In this document: positions 20,394 through 30,162 of the stretch, one piece after another
Numbering within the stretch: the first letter of the stretch is position 1
Layout of the letters: the number at the start of each line of letters is the position of its first letter
IMG/VR virus record: IMGVR_UViG_3300005613_000050
Span: 4,927 to 68,926 of that record
DNA from: a virus
DNA: 64,000 bases
Direction: 5' to 3' (one strand)
Notes under the pieces: model-generated
Told to the model about the DNA's origin: nothing
Seen by the model: only the letters and a program-made list of their open reading frames with translations
The model's database searches: none
Program-made: the position numbers and the translations under genes

Positions 20394-20551
20394 AATGGCT
20401 TATTGAATTATTAAGTAGTATTATACTTGACTTACTTAAGACACCAGCAAAGGAGATTCAAATTGAAAAAGCAGGTTCAGATATTGATTATAAGCCTGAT
20501 GGTCTTGTTGATATTGACTGGATGCTCGATAGGTGTGAAGGAAAAAGTTAG
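20390..20551 (+). CDS. Small protein, possible i-spanin
   Basis: 53-aa ORF MKWLIELLSSIILDLLK..., ATGA overlap, overlaps the lipoprotein gene. Confidence 0.4.
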   Translation: MKWLIELLSSIILDLLKTPAKEIQIEKAGSDIDYKPDGLVDIDWMLDRCEGKS

Positions 20552-20744
20552 AGTAGTTTATGTCCGGGTATTCAAAGAACCAGAAGAAACAAAGAAATTT
20601 ATCCGTATTGCTACAAACAAAAAGGTAGCAGTAACTTTAATATCAGATTCTAAGGAGCCAATATCTACAACAATGGATTTAGGGGGTATGATAGTTAGTG
20701 ATGAACAGCAATTTGCTCAGATACTTAGGGAGGCAAAGAAATGA
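20463..20744 (+). CDS. Lipoprotein, possible o-spanin
   Basis: TTG start after AAGGAG; signal MKKQVQILIISLMVLLILTG|C (lipobox). Confidence 0.6.
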   Translation: MKKQVQILIISLMVLLILTGCSIGVKEKVRVVYVRVFKEPEETKKFIRIATNKKVAVTLISDSKEPISTTMDLGGMIVSDEQQFAQILREAKK

Positions 20745-20998
20745 GTTTCCGCAATATGCCAAATGGTGATCTTGTTGCGGTCGCTAGGGGGAAGCCACCG
20801 GCTCCCCCTAGCGGTTACTACCAAGATAAGAAATATCCATTAGTTTATCACCCAATCTTAGAACCATGTAAACATCGACGTTATATTGAGAAAAAGAAAG
20901 ACTGTTGTAACATATTTATTAAGAGTCTATACTGTGGAGCTAAAGATAAGTTAATAACTCAAGAGGACTGTAAATCATGCGAATACCTAGAGAAATAA
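20741..20998 (+). CDS. Cys-rich hypothetical protein
   Basis: ATGA overlap, GGAGG RBS, 6 Cys. Confidence 0.55.
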   Translation: MSFRNMPNGDLVAVARGKPPAPPSGYYQDKKYPLVYHPILEPCKHRRYIEKKKDCCNIFIKSLYCGAKDKLITQEDCKSCEYLEK

Positions 20999-21471
20999 CT
21001 TTATTAGGTAAAGGTCCAAGTCTTGATAATTACGAATATGAGATGTATACAGTTGGTATTAATGAGACTGCTTATTTTAAAGACTGCGATGCTGCTATAG
21101 CTATAGATTACCCTATATTAAGAAAATATCAAGAATACTTATCAAAAGAAATTTTAGTGTTTAGAAAACATACTCACATAAGTTATAGTTTCCCAAAAAT
21201 GTTCTTAGTTGATTATGCTATTCATGCCCCTATAAAAGATTTAAGAGGAGGTACAGCATCAATATTTATTCAATTAGCTCATTTTCTCGGTGTTAAAACC
21301 ATACATTTTTGGGGTTTTGATGCTGTTACTGGTACTGATTCAGGGTATGCAGGTAGTGTTATTGAACATAAAGCTCAAGGTACAAACACCAATAAATATA
21401 AGAGAATAAGTAATGGTATTGTTTCAACTTTAAAGAAGACAAAAATACAGCCAATATGGAGGCACTTATAA
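20977..21471 (+). CDS. DUF115/MptE-like (Maf/CstII-like) sugar transferase domain protein
   Basis: LLGKGPSL, VGINE, LAHFLGVKTIHFWGFD. Confidence 0.65.
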   Translation: MRIPREITLLGKGPSLDNYEYEMYTVGINETAYFKDCDAAIAIDYPILRKYQEYLSKEILVFRKHTHISYSFPKMFLVDYAIHAPIKDLRGGTASIFIQLAHFLGVKTIHFWGFDAVTGTDSGYAGSVIEHKAQGTNTNKYKRISNGIVSTLKKTKIQPIWRHL

Positions 21472-22223
21472 TGCTCGGTGTAAGTATAGTTATTGCAACA
21501 TATAACCGAGATCATTTACTGAAACTCGGATTAGAATCTATAGCCAGACAAGAATATCCAAACTTGGAAGTTATTGTCGTTAATGATGGTTTATCTGGTG
21601 ATGCAGAGAACATAACAAAAGACTACGGATACACATATATTTACACAGGAGAGAGAAACTTAACAAAACCATTTTGGCGGTCAGCAGGTGTCGCTTTAAA
21701 TATAGGCGCAACCAGAGCAACTAAAGAAGTTTTGATACTATCTTGCGCTGAGATGTACCACTTACAATATAACACTATTGAGTTACTAACTTATCCACTA
21801 TATAACAATAAGAATCTATTATGTACTCCAAAAGGTAAAGATGATGTTACTGGACAATATCTACATAAATTACTAAGTACAGGTCACTCCGTACAAGAAT
21901 TAAATAGATGTAATAAATTAAATACTAAGCTACCTTTCTTAATGGCTATATGGAAAAAATATTTTATTGAGTTAGGTGGTTATGATTTAGATTTAACTAA
22001 AGGTATGTCCTATGATGATGATGATATAGTTGATCGTTTATTACGATATGGGTGTAGTTATGAAAGAACACAAGCAGAGTGTGTCCATCTTTATCATAGT
22101 CGTAGTACACCAACTAAAAGAGACAAAGGTCGATACGAATATAATAAGAACTTATTTGAACAGCGTAAAGGTATTTTAATCAGGAATGGAGGAGCATTAA
22201 ATGAGCAGTTATCTGTCAGCTAA
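21471..22223 (+). CDS. Glycosyltransferase family 2 with GT7-like C-terminus
   Basis: VSIVIATYNR, VVNDG, GGYD..YDDDD, HLYH. Confidence 0.9.
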   Translation: MLGVSIVIATYNRDHLLKLGLESIARQEYPNLEVIVVNDGLSGDAENITKDYGYTYIYTGERNLTKPFWRSAGVALNIGATRATKEVLILSCAEMYHLQYNTIELLTYPLYNNKNLLCTPKGKDDVTGQYLHKLLSTGHSVQELNRCNKLNTKLPFLMAIWKKYFIELGGYDLDLTKGMSYDDDDIVDRLLRYGCSYERTQAECVHLYHSRSTPTKRDKGRYEYNKNLFEQRKGILIRNGGALNEQLSVS

Positions 22224-23139
22224 TACAGTACCTTGGAAACTTTTAAAGAACCCTAAAAGAATTAAGAGTCCGTATCACGTGCAATTTATACCTACTAATA
22301 GGTGTAATGGAAACTGTTCTTGGTGTTCTTGTAAAGGAGTTGATCGTCAACTTGAGTTAGAAACTCAAGAAGCCATAGATATTATTAACTATTTTGCGGA
22401 GCTTGGTACTCGCGCTATAACAATAACAGGTGGAGGTGAGCCAACTTTACACCGAGGCTTCGAGCGTATATATAACAACATTATTAGACATAATATTAAA
22501 TCAGGTTTAACAACTAATGCTATACTTTTAAGTCAAGGGCGTTATGCAGGTATTTTAAATGATAATCTAACATGGTGTCGTTTATCTGTTACAGATACCG
22601 AGAGTGGTAACTACCCAATGGGGCGTTTAAGTGACTCTATTAGTTATTTACCTAACGTGGATGTCGGTATAAGTTTCACAGTTACAAGTAGTGTTAGCTT
22701 AGATACTGTTAAGGAAGTCTGTGTATTAGCAAAATGTTCAAGTAATGTTACTCATATCAGGTTTACACAAGATATTTTTAAAGCCGAAGATGAAGATAAT
22801 ATAGTAGCAATGAAGCGCGTAGAGAAAATGGCTAAACAAATTACAGACAAAGCTATTATTCAGTTCCGTAATACGCCTACAAAAGGAGCTAGAAAATGCC
22901 ATATATCTAAAGTTAAACCAGTTATTAATTGTGACGGGTATATTTATCCTTGTTGTGGTGCTCAATATGCTATTGATGAAACACATAAAATGCCTAAAGA
23001 GATGCGCATGTGTTATTGGAACGATTTCGATATTACTCCAATTTTTAATGGAAGCATTTGTAAAATCTGTTACTATAATGATTATAATAAATGTATTGAT
23101 AACTTAATATCTCCTATTGAGCACGAGGACTTCTTATGA
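22201..23139 (+). CDS. Radical SAM enzyme with SPASM/twitch-like domain
   Basis: CNGNCSWC, TGGGEPT, C-terminal Cys cluster (DGYIYPCC, CKIC). Confidence 0.9.
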   Translation: MSSYLSANTVPWKLLKNPKRIKSPYHVQFIPTNRCNGNCSWCSCKGVDRQLELETQEAIDIINYFAELGTRAITITGGGEPTLHRGFERIYNNIIRHNIKSGLTTNAILLSQGRYAGILNDNLTWCRLSVTDTESGNYPMGRLSDSISYLPNVDVGISFTVTSSVSLDTVKEVCVLAKCSSNVTHIRFTQDIFKAEDEDNIVAMKRVEKMAKQITDKAIIQFRNTPTKGARKCHISKVKPVINCDGYIYPCCGAQYAIDETHKMPKEMRMCYWNDFDITPIFNGSICKICYYNDYNKCIDNLISPIEHEDFL

Positions 23140-23837
23140 GTTTGACAGTGGCTACACCTTGTTATAACCATGGTAAATATCTTGAGGAAGCTATTTTATC
23201 TGTACTTAATCAATCTTATGGGGATTATACTTATATCCTTGTTAATGATGGTAGTACAGATAATAGCCTTGAAATAATGAGAAAATATGAAAAATTAGAT
23301 AAACGCATTAAGATTATAGATCAACCAAAACAACGTAATAAAACTTTTGGATTGAATAAAACTATTAAAGGAGATTATTGGCTGTGGTGTCCTGCTGATG
23401 ATAAACTAAAACAAGATTGCATCTTACATAAAATGGAGCATATTAAGAAATACCCATGTGTAATATATAATTATAATTATGATTTAATAAATCAATATGG
23501 TGAGTTAACTGGTGTTGTTAATATGAAACCAAAAACAAATGAAGAATTTTGGGATCATGTTTGGCACAGTTGTGAGATTGCTTTCACTGGGGCATTATTT
23601 GATTGTCGGGTATTTAATATTGTTGGTGATTTCCCTGAGGACGAGGATATTAGTGAGGACTTCAAATGGATGCTGAAAGCTTGTATCTATAAAATCCCGT
23701 TTATTGGTTTACACGATAATCAGCACTATAAGCGTAAAAATCCGGAGTCGGTGACCGCCAAAAATATTGATATTATAGCTGAAAATACTGCTAGAATAAG
23801 GAGAGAAATTTGCAACTCAGTAGGACTGATCGACTGA
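23136..23837 (+). CDS. Glycosyltransferase family 2
   Basis: TPCYNHGKYL, VNDGSTDNS, ADD, SED. Confidence 0.92.
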   Translation: MSLTVATPCYNHGKYLEEAILSVLNQSYGDYTYILVNDGSTDNSLEIMRKYEKLDKRIKIIDQPKQRNKTFGLNKTIKGDYWLWCPADDKLKQDCILHKMEHIKKYPCVIYNYNYDLINQYGELTGVVNMKPKTNEEFWDHVWHSCEIAFTGALFDCRVFNIVGDFPEDEDISEDFKWMLKACIYKIPFIGLHDNQHYKRKNPESVTAKNIDIIAENTARIRREICNSVGLID

Positions 23838-24415
23838 TGTGGCATATACTTAAACTCAATATTGTTATAAGTCCAGAGCAAGGATTTATGTACGCTAAAG
23901 CCCCAAAAACGGCGGGAACATCTATTTACCGTAAAATCATGGAGAAGCATATTCCAGATGTGTTCTTGCTAGACAATAATAAGAAATGGATCTTCAAAAA
24001 TAGGAAACAAAAACTATATAAATTTACAGTTGTTAGAAACCCTTGGGGCAGATTAGTTTCAAATTTTACATACTGTAAGAAATTAAAATACGCCCCAATA
24101 CCATCAACTTTCAGTGATTTTATTACTTTCTTAGAGGACGGTAATGGTACTACAAATTTAAAAGCTCACTGTAGAACAATACATGAATATTTTTTATTTG
24201 AAGGTGAGCAATGGGTAGATCGTATTTACTTTTTTGAATGTTTGGTATCAGAGTGGCAACATATAAGGTCAAAAGTTAATAACTTACCAGAAGTGTTGCC
24301 ACTATCAAATAAAAGTAATCATGCTAATTATCGACAATACTATACTGACAATGATATTGATAGAGTTTATGTGATGTATAAAACTGAGATCGACTACTTG
24401 GGATATAGCTTTTAA
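23837..24415 (+). CDS. Sulfotransferase (Sulfotransfer_2-like)
   Basis: PKTAGTS (5'-PSB), FTVVRNPWGRLVS (3'-PB), YRQYY..DYLGYSF. Confidence 0.88.
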   Translation: MWHILKLNIVISPEQGFMYAKAPKTAGTSIYRKIMEKHIPDVFLLDNNKKWIFKNRKQKLYKFTVVRNPWGRLVSNFTYCKKLKYAPIPSTFSDFITFLEDGNGTTNLKAHCRTIHEYFLFEGEQWVDRIYFFECLVSEWQHIRSKVNNLPEVLPLSNKSNHANYRQYYTDNDIDRVYVMYKTEIDYLGYSF

Positions 24416-24426
24416 AGGAGAGAGAT

Positions 24427-25248
24427 TTGCGCGCAATACTTTGTTGGGGAAATTCAAAATTAAGTTGGTTGCGGTACATGACACTATATAGTTTAAGGAA
24501 ATTTAATCCAGATTTAGATATTACACTATATCGTTATGATGGTAGCACTGAAAAACAATGGAAAGATGATGTTGAACAGGATTTTAATGGTTATGACGGT
24601 ATCGACTATATGGATCGTGTACCTGAATTAAATATTAAAATTGAGAATTGGGATTGTGAGCTAGAAGATGCAACATTATCACATAAGAGTAATATCCTTA
24701 AGTGGCAGATGTTAGGGCAAGGTGATTGTATTTATTTTGATATGGATATTTTATTCTTACGGGATATACAACCTGTTATTAAGTTACTAACTCAAGGTAA
24801 TACAATGTTATGTATAGATGAGTGGTTAATGATTGGGGTCTTAGGTTCTATAGGTAAAAACGTATTCTTTAATACTGCTTATCAGAACTGTTCTAGGGTC
24901 TTTGATAAAAATAGATACCAGAGCCTAGGTGTTGAGAATCTATATACTATGCTCTATGGCGGTTTTGCTCACAATACTGATGGTACTATAAATTGGGACT
25001 ATATTTTTAAGCAAGATATTAAAAAAGATATTGAACATTTATTTGGTGTTACTGTTGCTAATTTACCTAAAGATATGTTCTATAGATATGACCATAAAAA
25101 CATTGATTGTATTTACGGGACTGAGGATGTTGACGTTGGCGGTATGGTTGGTTTACATTGGTATGGTGGTCATATTGCTTCGCAAAGATTTAATAATAAC
25201 GTATATGAAGATGCTTTTATCTATAGAAAAATTAAGGAGATACTGTGA
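24427..25248 (+). CDS. DXD-motif glycosyltransferase (GT32-like)
   Basis: WLRYMTLYS, IYFDMDILFLR, GLHWYGG. Confidence 0.8.
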   Translation: MRAILCWGNSKLSWLRYMTLYSLRKFNPDLDITLYRYDGSTEKQWKDDVEQDFNGYDGIDYMDRVPELNIKIENWDCELEDATLSHKSNILKWQMLGQGDCIYFDMDILFLRDIQPVIKLLTQGNTMLCIDEWLMIGVLGSIGKNVFFNTAYQNCSRVFDKNRYQSLGVENLYTMLYGGFAHNTDGTINWDYIFKQDIKKDIEHLFGVTVANLPKDMFYRYDHKNIDCIYGTEDVDVGGMVGLHWYGGHIASQRFNNNVYEDAFIYRKIKEIL

Positions 25249-26066
25249 TACCCAAAAGACTAATATTCTTTTGGGCAGGGACAAAAATGTCTTGGTTACG
25301 GTATATTAGTATTTATTCAGCTTGGTATTATCATCGTGATTATGAGATTAAACTCTATTATACCTCAGATGTTGATAATCAATCTCTGCCTGAACGTAAT
25401 GATTTATGTGGCGAGAACTATTTTGATAGACTTAAAGAGTTAGGTATTATTATTGAGGAGTACGAGATTCTTCAAAACCCAGAACGAACAAAAAGAGGGT
25501 GGAAATATGTAGCCCCTGCTCAAACTTGTGATATACTGCAATGGCATAAATTATATGAAGAAGGTGGGATATTTTGTGATTCGGATATTATATTCTTAAG
25601 ACCTATTAATGAGGAGTTACTAACTCATGATATTTTAACCTGTTTTAAACGTTATTATACTGTTGGGTTCTGGGGAGCTAAGCCTGATACTGAGATGATG
25701 CTAGATTTTTATAGTAATGCTTTCTTCACTTTTGATGAAGATAATTATCAGACAGCAGGTGTTACCAATATTCAAAGTGTTACAAAACAAAAGCTTAGCA
25801 GCCTTAGTGGGCATAAGCTTAAAGATTTAGTTATGAGCTACCCTGATCTAAGCATTTTTAATCTGTCTTTCGATTCTTTTTACAGATGGGATTATAATAA
25901 TCTCGACAAAGTTTATGAAAGTTTCGAGGCAATTAAAGATAATCAAATAGGTATACATTGGTATGGCGGTCATGTTGACAGTAAGAAGTGGATTAAGTTA
26001 CTAACTCAAGATAATTATAAGTCATTTAATAGTACACTCTGTAATGCTATAAGGAGAATAACATGA
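25245..26066 (+). CDS. DXD-motif glycosyltransferase (GT32-like), paralogue
   Basis: MIPKRLIFFW, LYEEGGIFCDSDIIFLRP, GIHWYGG. Confidence 0.85.
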   Translation: MIPKRLIFFWAGTKMSWLRYISIYSAWYYHRDYEIKLYYTSDVDNQSLPERNDLCGENYFDRLKELGIIIEEYEILQNPERTKRGWKYVAPAQTCDILQWHKLYEEGGIFCDSDIIFLRPINEELLTHDILTCFKRYYTVGFWGAKPDTEMMLDFYSNAFFTFDEDNYQTAGVTNIQSVTKQKLSSLSGHKLKDLVMSYPDLSIFNLSFDSFYRWDYNNLDKVYESFEAIKDNQIGIHWYGGHVDSKKWIKLLTQDNYKSFNSTLCNAIRRIT

Positions 26067-27334
26067 AGGTCTGTGCGTTTTACACAATAGGTACACCTTA
26101 TGAAGAGCTTGTTGCTCGTTTCAAATTGAGTGCTTTAAACAATAGTATCAAGCCTTATATTAAAGGTTACGAACCTCAAGGGTCTTGGGAATTAAACTGT
26201 GGTCTTAAGCCAACTTTCATTAAAGAATGCCTTGAGAAGTTTAAAGAACCTATTCTCTATGTAGATATAGATGCGACATTTGAAGCCCCTATTGATGAGT
26301 CTATTATGGATGGTGATATATGCTTATATAGACTACAAGATAAAGAAGTATTAAGTGGTACATTATATTTTAAATACAACAAGAGAACATTAGCTTTCCT
26401 TGATAAATGGATTGAGAAACAAAAAGAATATCCAATGATGTGGGATCAACGGACATTAAGTAAAACATTATTAGAGTCTGATATTAAGCAAGGCAAACTC
26501 CCTGCTACTTATTGTAAGATTTTCGATATTATGAAAAAAGTCAGTGGCGGTGTTATTGTTCATCACCAAGCTTCAAGGCGGCTAAAGAAAGTTGTTAAAG
26601 ATGTTATAGAGCCAAAACCTATTGTATCTATCGAAGAGAAAGAAGAGGTTGTTATACCTAAAGAGGTTCGTTTTGCAGCTAATGGTCTTATGTTTATGGT
26701 ACGCAATAAACGTGATGCTGTTGAATATATGGATAAACATTTCCAGCGTGTAACTAATGAACTAAAATGGTATCCAAAGATTGAGGCGACTGATTTCAAA
26801 AAATTTAAAGAGAAATATAAAAATAAGATCTGTAATATTATTGGGAAAGGTTCTAGCCTTGATTTACTAACTCAAATCGATAATGATGGTCCAATTATTT
26901 GTTTAAATGAGTCGATACATTATATTGAGGGGCTAGGTCTTAAGAACCCAATCTATTGTGTCCAACAGGATACCCGACTACAAGGCTCTTGTGAGCCTAA
27001 AGAAGGCTTCTTATTTGTTAATGCCTTAGCGAAACGTTTTTACAAAGATTTTGACAATAAGTATATTTATGTTGCTGGATCATTAGGACTTAAAGATACT
27101 TCTTTATCAGTTTGTGTGGCTATTGAGATTGGTAAAATATTTGGATGTAAAGAATTTAAGCTTTACGCTTTTGATGCCTGCACAAATAAGACCCTTAATT
27201 ACGCTAAAGCTATTGGCTATGATTCTAAAAAATATGGTGACCCAAGTAGATTCTTGAGCCACCACGAGATTATTGATAAACAGCTTGAAGGCTGTAATTA
27301 CGGGTACGTAAACATCTCAACCAAACGCTTATAG
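26063..27334 (+). CDS. Nucleotide-diphospho-sugar transferase fused to DUF115/MptE-like domain
   Basis: KPTFI, LYVDIDA, WDQ, HHQASR; C-terminal IIGKGSSL..ICLNE..FGCKEFKLYAFD. Confidence 0.8.
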   Translation: MKVCAFYTIGTPYEELVARFKLSALNNSIKPYIKGYEPQGSWELNCGLKPTFIKECLEKFKEPILYVDIDATFEAPIDESIMDGDICLYRLQDKEVLSGTLYFKYNKRTLAFLDKWIEKQKEYPMMWDQRTLSKTLLESDIKQGKLPATYCKIFDIMKKVSGGVIVHHQASRRLKKVVKDVIEPKPIVSIEEKEEVVIPKEVRFAANGLMFMVRNKRDAVEYMDKHFQRVTNELKWYPKIEATDFKKFKEKYKNKICNIIGKGSSLDLLTQIDNDGPIICLNESIHYIEGLGLKNPIYCVQQDTRLQGSCEPKEGFLFVNALAKRFYKDFDNKYIYVAGSLGLKDTSLSVCVAIEIGKIFGCKEFKLYAFDACTNKTLNYAKAIGYDSKKYGDPSRFLSHHEIIDKQLEGCNYGYVNISTKRL

Positions 27335-27900
27335 ACAAGAGAGGTATTAATAGCATCATCTAAAGCTGTATGAGCCTGACGCTTAGGTAACTCTAATGCA
27401 GCTACCATTTTCTGTAAGTTTACTTTATCAAAGGGGCGGACTTCTCTACGGAAGTCTGCCCTATCATTTAGAAGATTAGCAGCGATCATACTATCCCTAT
27501 AATGGTAATGGAAACAATCATTATAGGTAGTAGGACCAATCCATTTAGAAATAAAGCCCATATCAAATTGGTAGTTTTGACCGAGAGGTATAATACGTTT
27601 ATTCTCCCCAATAGGTAGCTTCTGGAACCAAGTATCAAAAAGATCAGCAGCTATATCTTGATCTGTACCTCGGTTAATAGCTTCTGCTAATGAGACTTTA
27701 GCCACCCTTAAAGCTGCAGGTTCTACATTATCAATAAGTTCAGGTTTCAGATACATATGAAAAGGCATTATACCTTTATATGGATCTAAACAAGAATCTA
27801 AAGGTAAAATACAAACCTCAATAATTTCATTTTTCTCACAATCTAAACCTGTTGTCTCTGTATCAATAGCACAAATAATATTACCCCATGTCTTAATCAT
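27298..27900 (-). CDS. DEDDh 3'-5' exonuclease (DnaQ-like)
   Basis: IDTETTGLD, GQNYQFD, AHTALDD. Confidence 0.9.
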   Translation of the reverse strand: MIKTWGNIICAIDTETTGLDCEKNEIIEVCILPLDSCLDPYKGIMPFHMYLKPELIDNVEPAALRVAKVSLAEAINRGTDQDIAADLFDTWFQKLPIGENKRIIPLGQNYQFDMGFISKWIGPTTYNDCFHYHYRDSMIAANLLNDRADFRREVRPFDKVNLQKMVAALELPKRQAHTALDDAINTSLVYKRLVEMFTYP

Positions 27901-28177
27901 CTGTTACCTTTCTAAACCCTATTGAGTTACTAACTCCAACGTGTTTCATCTCGTAACTATAAAGTTCTACATTATAGTAATTCCCTTCAACAAAATAACC
28001 ACATTCGTAAGTTCGGCAGTTTCCTTGGGTGATACGTATAGCATTAATATGCCCTATGTTTTCACCAAACTCTACCTTGTCTCCGATATTATATTCCCTA
28101 TCTGTCGCGTGACATAAACTACATCGACCATCAGTACCTAGATTTTCTGTCTCTACTCCACATTGTTTACAGGTCAC
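27893..28177 (-). CDS. Hypothetical protein with Zn-ribbon
   Basis: CxxC...CxxC; coupled to neighbours. Confidence 0.55.
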   Translation of the reverse strand: MTCKQCGVETENLGTDGRCSLCHATDREYNIGDKVEFGENIGHINAIRITQGNCRTYECGYFVEGNYYNVELYSYEMKHVGVSNSIGFRKVTDD

Positions 28178-28178
28178 A

Positions 28179-28385
28179 TTATTCCTCCTGCGATAATTTT
28201 CTTAAACTAATCAATGTCCTCGCTTGCTCCGCACTTTCACAAACAGCAACTCGTCCGGTAAAATGCTCCTCGTATTTAAGTGGCTCAACAGTGCGACGCC
28301 ACGGGATCATCTCAAATTCTTTCATAAGAATCAACCTATCGTGCCCACAGTTATTACATTTGTAATTCTTTCGTGTTATGCTCAT
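28179..28385 (-). CDS. Hypothetical protein
   Basis: Operon tiling, ATGA overlap. Confidence 0.5.
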   Translation of the reverse strand: MSITRKNYKCNNCGHDRLILMKEFEMIPWRRTVEPLKYEEHFTGRVAVCESAEQARTLISLRKLSQEE

Positions 28386-28606
28386 GTCTTTCTCTCTCCA
28401 CCGGCTTTAAGTTCTGTTTGTAATACATCTTGAATCATGCATATGCCTTCTTTGTAATACGTTGGGAATAAAAGCCTCAACAACCATGGAACTTTTTGCG
28501 AAAGAAAGCATTTCTTCCCGTCGGAAACATAACACTTTTCATGTGCCTTCTGAAGTTTGCACCTGTCTATCCGTATAGCAAGATCATTAGGAAATTCAAG
28601 CATCAT
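28382..28606 (-). CDS. Hypothetical protein
   Basis: GGAGG RBS, overlap coupling. Confidence 0.55.
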   Translation of the reverse strand: MMLEFPNDLAIRIDRCKLQKAHEKCYVSDGKKCFLSQKVPWLLRLLFPTYYKEGICMIQDVLQTELKAGGERKT

Positions 28607-28800
28607 CCCTCCCGTCCCGCTTGGGCTATCGGGTCAACCCTTCCCGCCTTCTTAAAAACAGACTCCCGAAACACATGGCACATTGCAGACAAATCATCTG
28701 CCTCCACTGCCGAGAGAGGGTACGATTTCCCATCTTCCTCAACATCAATAACAAAGTTCGGTGTCTTGAACGGTTTCAATTCAATCTTCACGTGCATCAC
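28603..28800 (-). CDS. Hypothetical protein
   Basis: GGAGGT RBS, overlap coupling. Confidence 0.6.
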   Translation of the reverse strand: MMHVKIELKPFKTPNFVIDVEEDGKSYPLSAVEADDLSAMCHVFRESVFKKAGRVDPIAQAGREG

Positions 28801-29123
28801 TTCACCTCCTCGCCCGCTTGGGCTTTAGCATTTTTTATAGCACAGTCAATCCAGATATTTCCTAGGATTGCCTCGTGTACATAACCTGTTGTTTTATGTA
28901 CGTTAGTTTTATATTCTTCTGCTTCTGCGATAAGATACCTTATAGCACTAATAATATGATTATTTTCTTCCTGTAACTGTTTAACTTCTGCTTTTAGTTT
29001 AGTGAGTCTTTGAAGATCTTCATGCCAGCACTTCGTAGTCCTTAGCAACGCAACATCTTTCTTTCTGCACTGTTCTTTATAGTCTATCTCTTCTCTCTGT
29101 AGCAACCTTCCAATAAATCCCAT
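28797..29123 (-). CDS. Hypothetical coiled-coil protein
   Basis: TAATG coupling, GGAGG RBS. Confidence 0.6.
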   Translation of the reverse strand: MGFIGRLLQREEIDYKEQCRKKDVALLRTTKCWHEDLQRLTKLKAEVKQLQEENNHIISAIRYLIAEAEEYKTNVHKTTGYVHEAILGNIWIDCAIKNAKAQAGEEVK

Positions 29124-29677
29124 TACCCCTCCCCGCCCGTCTGGGCTTTATACTTAGTCACAAGCATATCTACTAGAGCCACCCAATCGGGTCGATCACC
29201 GGGATGCATCTTGTTCTTGAAGGCAACAGCCAATTCCAGCACTGGCAGCATTAGGTTTATATCTGCCTTCAACCGCTCGATCTCTTTGTCTTTCTCTTCT
29301 ATTATCAAAACAGCATTTTCGTCTGACTCTAGACTCTTGTACTTCCAAAACTTTAACCGTTCCTTCAACCGCTCGATCTCTTTGTCTTTCTCCGCTGTCG
29401 CTTGGGCTTTCTTGTTTTGCATCTCCTCCTCTAGAGTTGGATAGGCATACGTCCCCTTTTTTAGTGCCTCATAGAGATCCTTGCAGATGTTCATATTAGC
29501 GTTGAACTCCTGTAGGAATTGTTTATACACCATCTCCCTGATTTTTTCTATCCCATATTTCACAAGAGTGGGGCATGGTTCTTCTTGGATGTGATTCAAG
29601 AGTACCTGTATCTGTTGCATGACATTGTTCATCTGTTTCTGTGAATTTTGATGAGCTTCTTCAAACGAATTATTCAT
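29123..29677 (-). CDS. Hypothetical coiled-coil protein with duplicated EKDKEIERLK
   Basis: 31-bp exact repeat at 29266-29296 and 29362-29392. Confidence 0.6.
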   Translation of the reverse strand: MNNSFEEAHQNSQKQMNNVMQQIQVLLNHIQEEPCPTLVKYGIEKIREMVYKQFLQEFNANMNICKDLYEALKKGTYAYPTLEEEMQNKKAQATAEKDKEIERLKERLKFWKYKSLESDENAVLIIEEKDKEIERLKADINLMLPVLELAVAFKNKMHPGDRPDWVALVDMLVTKYKAQTGGEG

Positions 29678-29689
29678 TAGTCTCTCCCA

Positions 29690-29974
29690 TCATTTCTCCT
29701 TAACTAAAATATCGCATTGTTCATCAATAGAGGCAATAATGTTTTGAGCATGAGAGCGTATTCTTTTTAAAACGGCATTAAGTCTACTAATTTCCTTCAT
29801 AGCTGTCATATATCCTTCACATTGAGCTTGAGCATCAATAGCTAACCTCTTAATAGCTTTAATATTTTTACAGGTCTCACAAATACATACTCTTGGGTTC
29901 TCAAAATAAGGTTCTATCTCATTTGGGAAAACTGATTCACACACATCACAAGCCCACTCATCTTTTGATCTCAT
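29690..29974 (-). CDS. Hypothetical protein, Zn-ribbon plus coiled coil
   Basis: CDVC..CETC; TAATG coupling. Confidence 0.55.
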   Translation of the reverse strand: MRSKDEWACDVCESVFPNEIEPYFENPRVCICETCKNIKAIKRLAIDAQAQCEGYMTAMKEISRLNAVLKRIRSHAQNIIASIDEQCDILVKEK

Positions 29975-30162
29975 TATTCTTCTCCTTCTAAGTTAGTAAC
30001 TCTATAAGTAAGATTATTGATAGTAACTAAATCACCAATTTTAAACTCCGCATCCATCTCAAACTTGATATAGCTATTAGTAGCCCTCATCCATTTTACA
30101 TTTTCGGCTACAATACTAAATGCTGTAGGTTTATAATCTATAGGTTTAAGAGTCACTATCAT
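29974..30162 (-). CDS. Hypothetical protein
   Basis: MIVTLKPIDY start with GGAG RBS. Confidence 0.5.
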   Translation of the reverse strand: MIVTLKPIDYKPTAFSIVAENVKWMRATNSYIKFEMDAEFKIGDLVTINNLTYRVTNLEGEE

